Origin: Trypanosoma brucei
Lineage: Eukaryota
Length of the DNA stretch: 64,000 nucleotides
Reading direction: 5' to 3'
NCBI GenBank assembly: GCA_000002445.1
Contig: CP000070.1
Location: forward strand, 1,504,001-1,568,000
The notes beneath the pieces were generated by a model. That model did no database searches, had not been told where the DNA came from, and worked only from the letters and a program-made list of their open reading frames with translations. Of this stretch, positions 10,481 to 21,102 are shown one piece after another. Within the stretch, counting starts at the first letter, position 1. Each line of letters opens with the position of its first letter. The position numbers and the translations under genes are program-made.

Positions 10481-11602
10481 ACACTTTGTTGTGGGTTTTC
10501 TCCCCTTGTACAAAAAAAAGTTTACAACCTTTAGGATTGGCATATGTAAATTGTTCTTGTCAACTAATTAAATTATTTTTTCCGTTTTTTTCCTCGCGAT
10601 TTCATTACCCATTCCTTCCCTCTGTTCACTTTTGTGTCTTTGTGAGGTGGTTTTATTTTTACCTCACTCCACCTCTTTCTTCGTTTTTTTTTTCTGTAGA
10701 TGTTAACGAACCATCTGTTTTGTCTCTCCTCCACTTCGTGTTCACCTAAAGGTTTCCAATTTTTTTATTGTTGGTGTTGGCGTCGTGTTACTCGCCATGA
10801 AACGCATCCTTTTTTTTTCCTCCTTTTCCGCAAGTCCACACTTATATAAAAATATATATACATAGAAATTCTGAATATATATTATGTGTGTTTAACAAAT
10901 TGCATAAACTATATTTGTGTGCATTGATGCTCGCGTGTGTTATCGATGTTGTATTTTTATTTCTGCTGTTTGATTCCATTCAGGGGTGGGTGTGGGGCGT
11001 GGTCGTAACATTTCGTGCAAGCGGTCCAATTTTCTGTGGAAGATGGAAAATAAATGAAAGGTAAATGCTCGCATCTGAGAAGGTTTCTTTAAAGGAGGGA
11101 GGGGGGAATGCGAAGGGTAATATAAAAAGGGGAAAAAGAGATAAAAGTCATTACCCGCTGTCTAGTTTTTTTTCTTTTTTGTAGAGAGCGTTAAACATTC
11201 GCGTGCACATATATAAATGTTTGGAATAGAAAGAGCAACAGAGTGTTTGTAACCACAGAACCTCAACTTCTATCGAAGTTGGTGGAGTTCTTTAGCCTCC
11301 ACACCGCTTGTGCTTCATTATTTTGAACAGGCTCATGTGGTTTTTTTTTGTATGTGCAGATTGTGAATGTGGCGTTTCTCGACGCAGCATCAATTATTTG
11401 TTCGTCATTTTTCATGTTTTTTTTCCCCCTTACCTTCCTCTTTTTTTTTCCTTGTTTTCATTTTCTTCGACCCTTACGTGTGTTTGTGTTTTTCATGGAG
11501 TTTGGGCCTTTGGACCTGCGGTTGTCCTGCCGCTTAACGCAGAAGTGAAAGACGCATGTGTGTTTCTATTTATTTTCTATATTGTTCTGCACCTGGCACT
11601 TT

Positions 11603-11620
11603 CCCCCCCCCCCCCGCCCC
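11603..11620. repeat. Poly-C tract (C13 G C4), followed ~40 nt later by cccccacccacccccaccc
   Basis: Directly read in the 2.8-kb spacer between the LRR gene and the WD40/Sfi1-like gene. Confidence 0.9.
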
Positions 11621-12710
11621 TCCTCCCTCATCAGAGGTGCATTTACCACTTGTCTTACCCCCACCCACCCCCACCCTTTCGTTTTAATTTATTGATTTTG
11701 TTGCATGTTTTTTTTTGTGAGTTGTCGCCAATGTAACTTTCGGCACCCGGTCGTGAGTTGTGCAATTTAATTTAAGTAATAATAAAAACAAAGCGAGAAA
11801 ATATATAGGATAAAAAAGAAAGGAAAACAGTCAAAGACAAAGTAAAATTCATTCGTGTGAATCGCGCTGATATGAAATGTGGCTGCAAGTTCACTGGATG
11901 TTGCAATCCCGTTTGGTTATGGTAGCGTAACGGTAGAATATTCTGAGCGGATGAAATAAGGGGGAGAAAGCGTTTCTTCCCTTTTTTTTTCTGTCAGCAC
12001 GTTTTTTTTTCATTTTTTTTAAATATATTTTTTAATTATCTTGCTTCCTCACGTGCTTCCATACTTTTCCTTCTTCGTTCCTGCCTCTATTATTTTTGGC
12101 TGTTCCTTTTTTCACTGTTCGTTCCCCTTCTCTTTTCACCGAAAGAGTATTGTGCAGGTTACTGCTGCCCGTGAGGCGCACGCTTTTCTCTCTTATTTAT
12201 CTTTTTTTTTTTACTTTTCGTTAATGCAAGTTTTTGTTCTCCTCTTCCTCTTACCCTTCCTCTTTCTTTCTTTCAAAACTTCTCTCCTCTTCCAAACCAA
12301 TTTTATACACCAAGTCAACGAAAGAAGTTTTTCCGAAACCGGCCTACGTGTGGGGTACGGAGAAGGGACAAAGTAATAGGGAGTAGTAGACTCACAGTTT
12401 GGTTAATATATATATATATATATTTTTTGAAAAAATAAAAGGGAGTTAAGAGCAGGTCAAAGTGACTGTTTTACCACTGCATCACAAAGAGGGCACTACG
12501 TCGCACGGAAAGAAACAAATATAAGAAATACAAAAGGAAACAAAACCAAAAATAATCATCGTCTGGCACGTCGCAGCGTAGCTTTCATAGGAACTCCAAA
12601 CGCGGAGTCGGATTAATTAAGAGGGGTCCCGTTGTCGGAAGAAGACTAAAAAGAGAGGTTTGGAAACGGGGCTGACATATCGGACTGACTTGTTGTGGAG
12701 GCCCGGAGAG

Positions 12711-12782
12711 GTTTTCTCCTTTCTTCTTTTCTTTTTTTGTGTGTGTGTGCGCGAGTGTGCGTATCTTCTTTTTTTTTTCTAG
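12711..12782 (+). promoter_or_regulatory. Polypyrimidine tract plus AG: candidate spliced-leader trans-splice acceptor for the downstream gene
   Basis: ttttctcctttcttcttttctttttttgtgtgtgtgtgcgcgagtgtgcgtatcttcttttttttttctAG lies ~65 nt upstream of ATG 12847. This is the canonical kinetoplastid arrangement (polyY then first AG). Inferred from sequence only. Confidence 0.4.
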
Positions 12783-12846
12783 ATTTGACGTGTCTGGTGC
12801 TCCCCAAAAACACCAATTCTGATACTTTACGCACACATCGCACCGT

Positions 12847-15800
12847 ATGAAGTCAGGAATATCTAGTCGGTCGTACTACCGAGATGTAAGAGGTCCAGTT
12901 CCGGTATCGGAACGCGGCAGCCGTGTCTCGTTAACACCGAAGGCGGCAACGGAGGAGAAAAGAAGCCGTGTGGTGAGACGCCCAAGCGCAGCAGCAGCTA
13001 TCGCACCTGCTCGTGCTGCGGGCACTTCTGGATCACTTCGCACAACAACACCCGTCTCAGCAACCACGTCTCGCAACCGAACAGTGGTCACCCCTTATCG
13101 CGGAACACGTGCTTCTCAGAAGGCTTCCACGTTGCAGTCTCCAAAGACACTTTCACCAGCAGAATCAACACACTCCGTCCCGTGCATTCAAAGAAGGGCA
13201 TCCGTACCAGTACCCGTATCAGGGCGCCGTTCCTCCTTCAGGAATCCGTCATCTGTTAGTGCACGACGAAGCACCATTGGCCCAATGCCGAGTCGTGCTT
13301 CAATTGCCATGACTTCTATTTCGGGGGCTGGAGGTGCGTCAACGGCGGCGTCGAGTGCACAGACACCCACTAGAAAGAGGCACCCAACTGCGGTGATGCC
13401 AATAGCCGAAACAAAGGAGCAGGTAAAGAGCGACGTTGGCCGAAATAGCATTCCCTTCACCTTATCAGGGCACTATTCATGTGCTGTGGTGGTGAAATCA
13501 AGTGCTGCGGTATGGGCTGCTAATGAGGAAACTGGTGCTGTCGATATTTTTAGTAGTGTTTCAGGCGATTTTTTGGGGCGAGTGCCTCCGCGGCCCCCTA
13601 TGAAGTCTGCGGCTGGGCCGACGCAAGGGTGTTTTTCTCTCATTGGAACTCTTAAAGCGTTTGAGCATCATGTGTGGGCAGGGTACGATGATGGAACCGT
13701 CGTTGTGTACGACCACCTCTGCGTTAATGCCGTGACAACTGGATGCTTCCACTCAGCACCGGTTGTGTCGTTCTGCGGGATGTCCGATGGTATCACTGTC
13801 AGTGCGTCCACCGACATGACCCTTGTGCGGTGGGATAAGGAGGAAAAGAATTTTGAAGCCATTACCCGTATTGTTGGAGTACCCGAAGCGCATCAGATGC
13901 TAACGTGCACCACCTCATTTGGTGACAAGTATGTTCTCTGCGGGATGACAACGGGAAATATTATAGTGATCGACTGTTCCACAGGCATGCAGGCTGCCAC
14001 ACTACGAAAACACACCAGTTGCGTGAATGCACTTGTTGTGATGGAAGGTTTGCTCTTTACCTCAGCGGAGGAGGGTTGCGTGAATGTGTGGAGCCTGCGC
14101 GCTGACACTCCTAGCGCTGGCACAACGTTTCAGAGTTGTTGCAGGCTACTTCGATCGATTTCCGTACAAATGGCGGTTCGGGATATGGTTCCTCATGATG
14201 CTTCTCGTAGTTTGTGGGTGGCGTATGTAGATGGATTGGTTGAGCGCTGGAGCGCCAATCCTGACGATGACTTCGGTGTTGAACAAGTGTTGAGGGAAGG
14301 AGTTGTTGACGCAGAAGGGGTACCTAGGCGAGTTGAGGCGGTTGCACTTCAGTGTATGGGAACGGTGGAGACAATGCGTGTACTTGCACTGGGAAGCAAT
14401 GGCATCAGTAAGGTCTGGTGCGGTCACCGTAATGAAGTGGAGGAATCTTTGCAGCAGTCCATTCAGTCGCTGAATGCCATAATTTCTCAAGACGCAGCAG
14501 AGGCAGCTCTGTGGGAGAAAAAGGCTCTGCTACTGAAGCAGAAAGAGATGAAGCGTAAACAAAAGTACAGTTTGTTGCTACTCAGCATCTATGAACGTCA
14601 ACTCCTGTATAGCTACTACGCCAGATGGAGAAAGTTCTCCACTAAGAATACCAATCAGGGGCGTCAACATAAGGAAATTTGCTTCGATCTGGAGGACCGT
14701 CATCGATTCCGTATTCTTCGTCGTTATTTTACGATGTGGTGTTCCCTGTATGAAAAAGAACAACGGCGGCTGCGGCAGAAGCTTCTCTCCACAACATTCC
14801 AGAAGGTATCACGCCGCATGTGGTTGTCACGGTTGTTTTCCACATGGAGAAGGTCCGCAACCGAACGCAGAATGGCGCGACATCGGTGGCAAATAGCGGT
14901 TGCGTTGGAAAAAGTGTCCAAAGGAACCCTGTTGGAGAAATTCTTTACCAAATGGCGGTACCTTCGCTGTAAGTCGCGCAAAACTGTGGGAGAGGACAAG
15001 ATCAACATATTAGCTGCAAGGGCACGGAAGTCTTTACAACGGCGGGCCTATGATGAATGGAGGCTACACCATTCGTGTCACGGAAATAAGAATTCTCCCA
15101 TTGCTTGTGCTCCTTCAAGGGGTAACGCTGCAAAGATAGCTGAATCGTACGAAAAGGTAGTAATCGAACGCCACCGCCGCAGTGTGTTTAACATGTGGCG
15201 TAATATGACGAAGAGACGTCGTACTTTGTCTCGACTAACGAAGCTTGCCAGGTCCAAGGAGTCGCAACGCAATAGGCACATCTTATTCAAAGGGTTCATA
15301 CAATGGCAGTTGTTCGTGCAGCAGCAACATCTTAATGCCATGAGCCGAGAAGTGCAGTTAGTGGAGAGGCGGCTGCGCCATGCTGAGGAAACTAACGCAG
15401 ACATTTTTGACAAGTTACAGTTACAAAAGCGTCTGGACCAGCTTCGGAGGCAACACGACAACGAAACTCGGCAGCTGCAGGAGGAGCTTGCGCGCGCCCA
15501 GGAACTTATAAACGAGCGAGATGCTCTTCAGTCAGTTGATCACGTAGTAAATAAAAACGGTGCTGATGATGAAGAGGGAACTCCTGTGAGTACCTTTGGC
15601 ACTCCAGCACGCTCATATGCGCCACAGGCGCTATTCTCACCAATTGTACTGCAGAAGATGCCTACTTCAGAGGCGATGGAGTTTATTATGAGCCGATTGA
15701 AGGGTATTGTATTGAATCTTTACACAGACATGGGGCTTTTCCGTCAAGTTCGAGAGCGCCTGCGTTGTGGTACAACGGCGGCGGTCATCTTCCTTGAAGG

Positions 15801-16119
15801 CTTTCATGAGGTGAAACGCCTCATCGTGTCACTCAGCAAAAAACGTGTGGGTGCCTCCACACGGCGCGGTGCTGAACGTTGGGCGGTGGCACCCGAATCG
15901 TTTGATGGTGTGGGAGCTCTCCCGTGTTCAGGTGTTGTACAGGGTATAAAAGCGATGGTTCTCGCATATGATATGGTGAGTAACTCTGACATGGAAGGTT
16001 TAGCGGCAACGCGGGAGGAAATAATCGAAAACGTAGATTTACTGTTTGCGCTATGGAAAGCTTGTTATGCTGCCAGGAAACCAGTGTTGCCGGTGAACAA
16101 TAGGGTTTCTACACGGTAA
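12847..16119 (+). CDS. WD40 beta-propeller protein with a C-terminal Sfi1-like (centrin-binding type) Trp-periodic repeat array and coiled coil (1090 aa)
   Basis: ATG at 12847. Residues 1-190 are Ser/Thr/Arg/Pro-rich low complexity with RRAS/RRSS basophilic kinase-site-like motifs. Residues ~200-525 have WD-like units (HHVWAGYDDGTVVVYD, CVNVWSL, SKVWCG). Residues ~575-830 have conserved Trp at residues 594, 631, 667, 703, 738, 784 and 820 (~36-aa period) in the context [FY]xxW[RK], resembling the Sfi1 repeat consensus. Residues ~835-870 are predicted coiled coil. Confidence 0.7.
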   Translation: MKSGISSRSYYRDVRGPVPVSERGSRVSLTPKAATEEKRSRVVRRPSAAAAIAPARAAGTSGSLRTTTPVSATTSRNRTVVTPYRGTRASQKASTLQSPKTLSPAESTHSVPCIQRRASVPVPVSGRRSSFRNPSSVSARRSTIGPMPSRASIAMTSISGAGGASTAASSAQTPTRKRHPTAVMPIAETKEQVKSDVGRNSIPFTLSGHYSCAVVVKSSAAVWAANEETGAVDIFSSVSGDFLGRVPPRPPMKSAAGPTQGCFSLIGTLKAFEHHVWAGYDDGTVVVYDHLCVNAVTTGCFHSAPVVSFCGMSDGITVSASTDMTLVRWDKEEKNFEAITRIVGVPEAHQMLTCTTSFGDKYVLCGMTTGNIIVIDCSTGMQAATLRKHTSCVNALVVMEGLLFTSAEEGCVNVWSLRADTPSAGTTFQSCCRLLRSISVQMAVRDMVPHDASRSLWVAYVDGLVERWSANPDDDFGVEQVLREGVVDAEGVPRRVEAVALQCMGTVETMRVLALGSNGISKVWCGHRNEVEESLQQSIQSLNAIISQDAAEAALWEKKALLLKQKEMKRKQKYSLLLLSIYERQLLYSYYARWRKFSTKNTNQGRQHKEICFDLEDRHRFRILRRYFTMWCSLYEKEQRRLRQKLLSTTFQKVSRRMWLSRLFSTWRRSATERRMARHRWQIAVALEKVSKGTLLEKFFTKWRYLRCKSRKTVGEDKINILAARARKSLQRRAYDEWRLHHSCHGNKNSPIACAPSRGNAAKIAESYEKVVIERHRRSVFNMWRNMTKRRRTLSRLTKLARSKESQRNRHILFKGFIQWQLFVQQQHLNAMSREVQLVERRLRHAEETNADIFDKLQLQKRLDQLRRQHDNETRQLQEELARAQELINERDALQSVDHVVNKNGADDEEGTPVSTFGTPARSYAPQALFSPIVLQKMPTSEAMEFIMSRLKGIVLNLYTDMGLFRQVRERLRCGTTAAVIFLEGFHEVKRLIVSLSKKRVGASTRRGAERWAVAPESFDGVGALPCSGVVQGIKAMVLAYDMVSNSDMEGLAATREEIIENVDLLFALWKACYAARKPVLPVNNRVSTR

Positions 16120-16538
16120 AATGGAGTGCTAGTAGGGGAACATTCCCGGTGCATTTTGTCATTTTTTTAAAATATATATATATATATATTTTTTCATATC
16201 CCCAGTGGTCGTATCATGTGTGCATTGTCCATTTCTTTGGTTGTGTGAACAAAAAACGTACATAAATATTTAGATGAGCTTCTTGTGCCACGTGTGTCCA
16301 TTTCTTACCTTTGTCGCTTCCAACGCTTCTTCATTCGGCTCCCTATGACAGTTGGAACCTCAGCGGTACTGTTGGGTGTTGCTCATCTCACGGTTGTCGT
16401 AGCTGACATGTGATTTCCTTTTTTTTTTTCTGTACTTTTTATTGGGAGCCTGAAGTTTACTGGGGTCATTTATCACGTGCCTCGCGGTAGGTTAGGTCGC
16501 GGTATAGCCACTTCTGTGCACTCCAGGAGGGTTGCTCT

Positions 16539-16925
16539 ATGTTTCTACATAATCGCGGCCTTGCTGTGGATCGAGCGGTGCTGCGGCTCAATCCGCTTAT
16601 TGTTTATGTTATTATACCATTTCTTTTGCCGTTGCTTTCCATGTGTATATTACGCTGGAAGTTGGAATATGCCTGGGCCGAGCTTTTTGTTCTAAATGCA
16701 CTCGTGTCAGCCTTTACCGGTTTGGTGATGTGGCTACATTCTGAGCGAGTGGCAAATATGTTCCTCCAATACTCGGGTCACTCATATGGGAAGGCAAACG
16801 AGGGCGCAGCAGCTTTATTAGGGGTGCACCGCATTTCACCCGTGCTTCCCGCTTGTGTCTCTCTCTTTTTGATGCTGATCAGCTTTTGGCACGTTGTAGT
16901 CATGATTCTTTTAGCGGTCATGTGA
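16539..16925 (+). CDS. Putative small multi-pass membrane protein (128 aa); speculative
   Basis: ATG-initiated ORF in the 1.2-kb spacer between two genes, downstream of a polyY tract (16420-16440). It has three strongly hydrophobic segments (LIVYVIIPFLLPLLSMCIL, LFVLNALVSAFTGLVMWL, VLPACVSLFLMLISFWHVVVMILLAV). No homology recognised, so it could be UTR. Confidence 0.25.
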   Translation: MFLHNRGLAVDRAVLRLNPLIVYVIIPFLLPLLSMCILRWKLEYAWAELFVLNALVSAFTGLVMWLHSERVANMFLQYSGHSYGKANEGAAALLGVHRISPVLPACVSLFLMLISFWHVVVMILLAVM

Positions 16926-17380
16926 AGTGAGTCTCCGCATATGGCACATTGGTTTCCCGATTGCCTGTTGTCCTATGACTCTTTTCCTTGTCGTTTCACA
17001 ATACACAAACACGTTTGCATACGTGCTAAATAGTGGTGGTTGCGCGTATCTAATATTTTGCTTGGTGCCGCAGTTATTACTGCTAACCCTTTTCTGCATG
17101 TGTGTGTGTGTTTGTGTATGTATTGGTTATGGGCGTTAGCTTTGATATCTGTACCGACTGCTTTGGACAAGCCAATATGTGAGAGCGGTGGTCATCTTAT
17201 GGTGTCGTTTCACAACCTTCTTTGGCCTCGAAGCACCTTTCCTTTTTCTTTTTTTGCCACTGCGCGATTTATTTCTCCTCGTTTGCTGCTGTTTATGTTG
17301 TTTCATATTCAACATTGCTTTGTCGAGTACATTTTACATCTCTCTGCGTCCATTCAGGCGAAGGGTCGGTTAGCCCTTGC

Positions 17381-18670
17381 ATGGTGAGGCTTCGCTCGGC
17401 CTGGGTTGCACAGCAATCGTCCAGAGAACTTAACACATACTTGCGGCAACGCGCATGGCATTTTGCCTCATGTGGGAACCATGCTATTGCGGCAGATTAC
17501 GTCATCCGGTTACTCAATCGTCACCCGCGCGATGCGACAATGTTGTTGCTCGGTGAAGTTACAGCCCGCCGCACACGCCAGAAGCAACTTGAGGCAAAGT
17601 GCCGTCAGTCTCATGAAAGGCTATGCACTTGCATGAACGTCAACAACGCCCTTTCCCTAGTAGAGGATGAGCGGAAGCGGGAGACGCTCAAAGAATGGTT
17701 GCAGGAGCCACCACCTGCTGACGATGTGGAACTGGAGGAGCACATTATCGTCAGTGAACAGGAGCCTTTGCCAGAAACACAGACTGCGGTAGAAGTCATG
17801 GCGCAGCGAGTGAGTGCAAAGCCGCTCGTGGGTTTGCAGTTTCCAAAGCAAAGCATCTACGGTCGTGGTATATATGCTCTTACTCGAGTGCCTTCAGGTA
17901 CTGCTGTGTTGGCCGACCAACCTTTTGTTGTGCAGCGAATGAACAGCACGACATGCGCGCACTGTCTATCGTCTATCACCAGTGCCAGTAGCACGTCGTC
18001 AGCAGCGGGTGTTGTGTGTCCACACTGCGGTCAGGAAAGTTATTGTAGCATTTCTTGCCGCGATGCTGCATGGCGTGAATACCACAGCTGTTGCTGCCAT
18101 GCCACGAACAAAATGTACGCGAGTTGGGAATCAAGCATGCAAGAGCTTTTCTCAACTGATGTGCCAGAGGAGTCGCGAGCTGCCTTGTGTTGCTTGGCAG
18201 TGGCGAAGATTTGTGCTATGGCGACGGTGCAACAGCAACATCCGCTCTCTCTACCACGTCTTCGGTCCCTACGCGGCCGTGCAACCTACGATGCAGCAAC
18301 AGCATTGAGCGAGGTCGGTGCGCTCGCTGTGACACTTGCCCAGTCACTACACCAACAGCACCTTTACATGGAGGAAATACTCTCACTTTTTGCGCTTGTG
18401 CAGACCAATGAGTTCCTTCTTTCCGGTGGCATGGCTCTCTACCACGGTTACTCATTTCTTAACCATAGTTGCGAACCAAACTGTGGATTCGTTGGTACTA
18501 ATGCAATGAACCGCCGGTTGGTGGTATTGCGGGATATACGGGAGGGAGAGCAGTTGTTGATTAACTACAACGCAGACTTAACAACATGTGTCTCTTACGA
18601 GGACAGGCGGGCACTTTGCAAACAACGTTACTTTGAGTGCTTCTGCCCAAAATGTATTCGAAGGGAGTAA
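17381..18670 (+). CDS. SET and MYND domain (SMYD-like) protein lysine methyltransferase candidate
   Basis: The track ORF starts at 17222 within a polyY tract, so the first plausible ATG is 17381 (MVRLRSAW). A MYND zinc finger is present (CAHCLSS...CPHCGQESYCSISCRDAAWREYHSCCCH). The C-terminal SET core has NHSCEPNC and a post-SET Cys cluster (CKQRYFECFCPKC). Confidence 0.75.
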   Translation: MVRLRSAWVAQQSSRELNTYLRQRAWHFASCGNHAIAADYVIRLLNRHPRDATMLLLGEVTARRTRQKQLEAKCRQSHERLCTCMNVNNALSLVEDERKRETLKEWLQEPPPADDVELEEHIIVSEQEPLPETQTAVEVMAQRVSAKPLVGLQFPKQSIYGRGIYALTRVPSGTAVLADQPFVVQRMNSTTCAHCLSSITSASSTSSAAGVVCPHCGQESYCSISCRDAAWREYHSCCCHATNKMYASWESSMQELFSTDVPEESRAALCCLAVAKICAMATVQQQHPLSLPRLRSLRGRATYDAATALSEVGALAVTLAQSLHQQHLYMEEILSLFALVQTNEFLLSGGMALYHGYSFLNHSCEPNCGFVGTNAMNRRLVVLRDIREGEQLLINYNADLTTCVSYEDRRALCKQRYFECFCPKCIRRE

Positions 18671-19101
18671 ATTTGATTTGTCACCAGTCTGTTAGCGGTT
18701 GCCGTAAGCGGTTAAGGGAAACTGTATTAAAAGATGTGAAACACTACTGAAACACAAGCTCGCACCGACCCACTTACATATATTTGTTTATGGAAGGAGA
18801 GACGATGTCTTTAGTATGCTTGTACATCATATCGCATTAATCTTTCTTTTTTGGGGTCTGCGTGTTTTGCTGTTCTCTTCATTGGAAGTGAGTGTCGGTG
18901 CCTCTCCTGAAGCCTAACTCTTGTTAATGGTGCAGGTACAAATCTTTTCTTCTACACCCCTCTTTTATTTTCATACACCTGTATTATCGATCTTTCTAAA
19001 GGGGAAAGAGGGGAAAGGGAGCCCGATAAGGTGGTAGTGTGTTCTCCCTAACAGTACCCCAATAAGACGGTCGGATCCTTTTGTGAGAATCGTGTTACAC
19101 T

Positions 19102-21102
19102 ATGCGGGCATCTGCAGCTGTGCGATGTATTTTATCCAGCACAACGCTCACAAGTCAGATAACTCAATTAGTTCAGCGGGCGGAACAACATCTGAAGGTT
19201 AAGCCCGCTAATCCCTGTTCCTTGGACACCAGTTCCACGCCTGTCGCGGACAATCTGTGGGAACAAGTGATGGCCGTCGCTCCGTCTGCTCGTGCTTTAA
19301 AGGAGACGGACACGCTGCTGGCACTTGTCTTTCGATTACTTCGGAGTGGGCTGCAGCCTCCCAGTGGTGAGGCTGCTACCGAAACATGGTCAGCTCTCAT
19401 TCGCGACTTAGCTCCCTACAGTGATGTTGAGGCCAATTCAGTTCTTTCATACCCAGGAACCCCTGAGTGTGCCGAGGAGCTTGGGGGGGCCATGGCCAAT
19501 GCTTTATGTGCTGCTGAGGGCCGCAACAATTCTAATTGTGACTTGGATGATCGCCCACTGTTGCGCCTCACCCGAGAGACGCTATTGCTAACGGGTGGAG
19601 TAGTGCCTCTTAGCGCACGGGTTCCTTGTAGTGACGGCGGGGCCATCGGTCAGCTGTTGGATGCATTTTGTGTTTGTTGCGAAGCGAGTGGCAATGCCAT
19701 GATGTCTAGCGCGTCCCTGGAAGAGATGTCGAAAGCGGTACTTAGCGCCTTGCATGTTATTGCAGAAACGGTGGACGTAAGGGAAACGAGTCCATTGGTT
19801 TTGTCCCTTTTGCGATTTATGCGTTTGCTAGGTGTTCGCGAAAAGGGACAGTATAAACAAAACGATGAATCTATGGGATCTGTTGCGTCCTTTGCGGAGG
19901 AGCTCACATCTGTTCTAGCCAATAACGGCCTCGGTGCCCGCATTGTACTCTTCTTTGTGCATGAGCATTGTGAGGCAACTCCCGAGGAAATGGTACCCCT
20001 ACCCCTTGTGTGTCTTGCGGCCCGAGGCATATGGAGGCACTACCGCACAGCAGACACCACGTTCCCCTGCTTAGAGCACCTTAAATACGTGAATGGTGCC
20101 GTGGATGTTACGCTGCAGCGAAATGCAAATAGCAACAATATTCTAGGACTGCAAGAAAATGAAGAGGGTGACTTGCGGCTACAGGTTTCTTTGGCTTTAC
20201 TAAGGGGGATGCGGCTGCACGCAGATTCTCCGGACGTGTTTCTCCGAAGTGCTATTGATGTCGTGGACAGCTGCCCCGCGAGTCTTTCACTTGAGTATGA
20301 AGTGTTGGTGGCAAAAACTAATTTGTTGGATATGTTTGCTGATGACGAGGCAAGTTGCAGTGCTATTTACGATGATCTTTTGCAATCACTAAGGGCACTT
20401 GTGGAATTGCGGCCACGGGATGCCGAAAACGATGTTTCATCTATGAATACGCATGAAGGAGGGGAAGGGGATGCTGCAAGTGATGGCAAAGTGACTAGAA
20501 AGAAAAAGCTGCAAATTAAGCACATGGAAGAAGATAGACAGCTTTTGCGTGAGCAGTTTCAGGAGGCACACCGTATTGTTGTGGAGGCTTTTGTACGTTC
20601 TCGCATTCAAGAGCGACTAAATCAGGCTTACACCATACTCGTGACCCACAAGTATCACGGACTTGTCATCACTCAGGAGGTTGCATACCCGCTTTTAGAT
20701 GTGTTGAGTCGTCGTGGTGACTGCCGTGTCTTTAATATTATTGATCTCTGTGTGCTATACAGTGGATGCACCATTGACTATGATGCACTTACATGCCTTT
20801 TTAGGGCTTGCCGCGTTGCTGGTGACTTTTACAGGGCACGTACACTTTATCAGTTGCTTAAGGAAATGATTCCGGGCTTTCTGCTTAGAGCCCCGACCAC
20901 CATCAGGGAAATGCTACGCGAGTTGAAAGTAGTGGACCCCGAACCGACGCATCTGTTTGCTGACACGCTTTTGGGGAATGGAACCATGGGTGGCGCCGAG
21001 TGTCCTGCTAATATTTTGCCCGTGGAGTTAATTGATGAAGACGATCCCTCGAATCGTCGGCGAGGCCCCCTCCGAGAACTCCCTAGTGCAAAGGCTGAGT
21101 AA
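19102..21102 (+). CDS. Hypothetical protein with a mitochondrial-type presequence and C-terminal PPR-like helical repeats (666 aa)
   Basis: ATG at 19102. N-terminus MRASAAVRCILSSTTL is Arg/Ser-rich and amphipathic, like a presequence. C-terminal segments (AYTILVTHKYHGLVITQEVAYPLLDVL, DALTCLFRACRVAGDFYRARTLYQLLKEM) resemble 35-aa pentatricopeptide repeats. Confidence 0.55.
   Translation: MRASAAVRCILSSTTLTSQITQLVQRAEQHLKVKPANPCSLDTSSTPVADNLWEQVMAVAPSARALKETDTLLALVFRLLRSGLQPPSGEAATETWSALIRDLAPYSDVEANSVLSYPGTPECAEELGGAMANALCAAEGRNNSNCDLDDRPLLRLTRETLLLTGGVVPLSARVPCSDGGAIGQLLDAFCVCCEASGNAMMSSASLEEMSKAVLSALHVIAETVDVRETSPLVLSLLRFMRLLGVREKGQYKQNDESMGSVASFAEELTSVLANNGLGARIVLFFVHEHCEATPEEMVPLPLVCLAARGIWRHYRTADTTFPCLEHLKYVNGAVDVTLQRNANSNNILGLQENEEGDLRLQVSLALLRGMRLHADSPDVFLRSAIDVVDSCPASLSLEYEVLVAKTNLLDMFADDEASCSAIYDDLLQSLRALVELRPRDAENDVSSMNTHEGGEGDAASDGKVTRKKKLQIKHMEEDRQLLREQFQEAHRIVVEAFVRSRIQERLNQAYTILVTHKYHGLVITQEVAYPLLDVLSRRGDCRVFNIIDLCVLYSGCTIDYDALTCLFRACRVAGDFYRARTLYQLLKEMIPGFLLRAPTTIREMLRELKVVDPEPTHLFADTLLGNGTMGGAECPANILPVELIDEDDPSNRRRGPLRELPSAKAE

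Noticed and set aside
11881-11950. tRNA-like D-arm resemblance (ggtagcgtaacggtagaat)
   Set aside because: No T-arm (GTTCGAATC-like) or acceptor-stem complementarity is present downstream, so this is not a tRNA.
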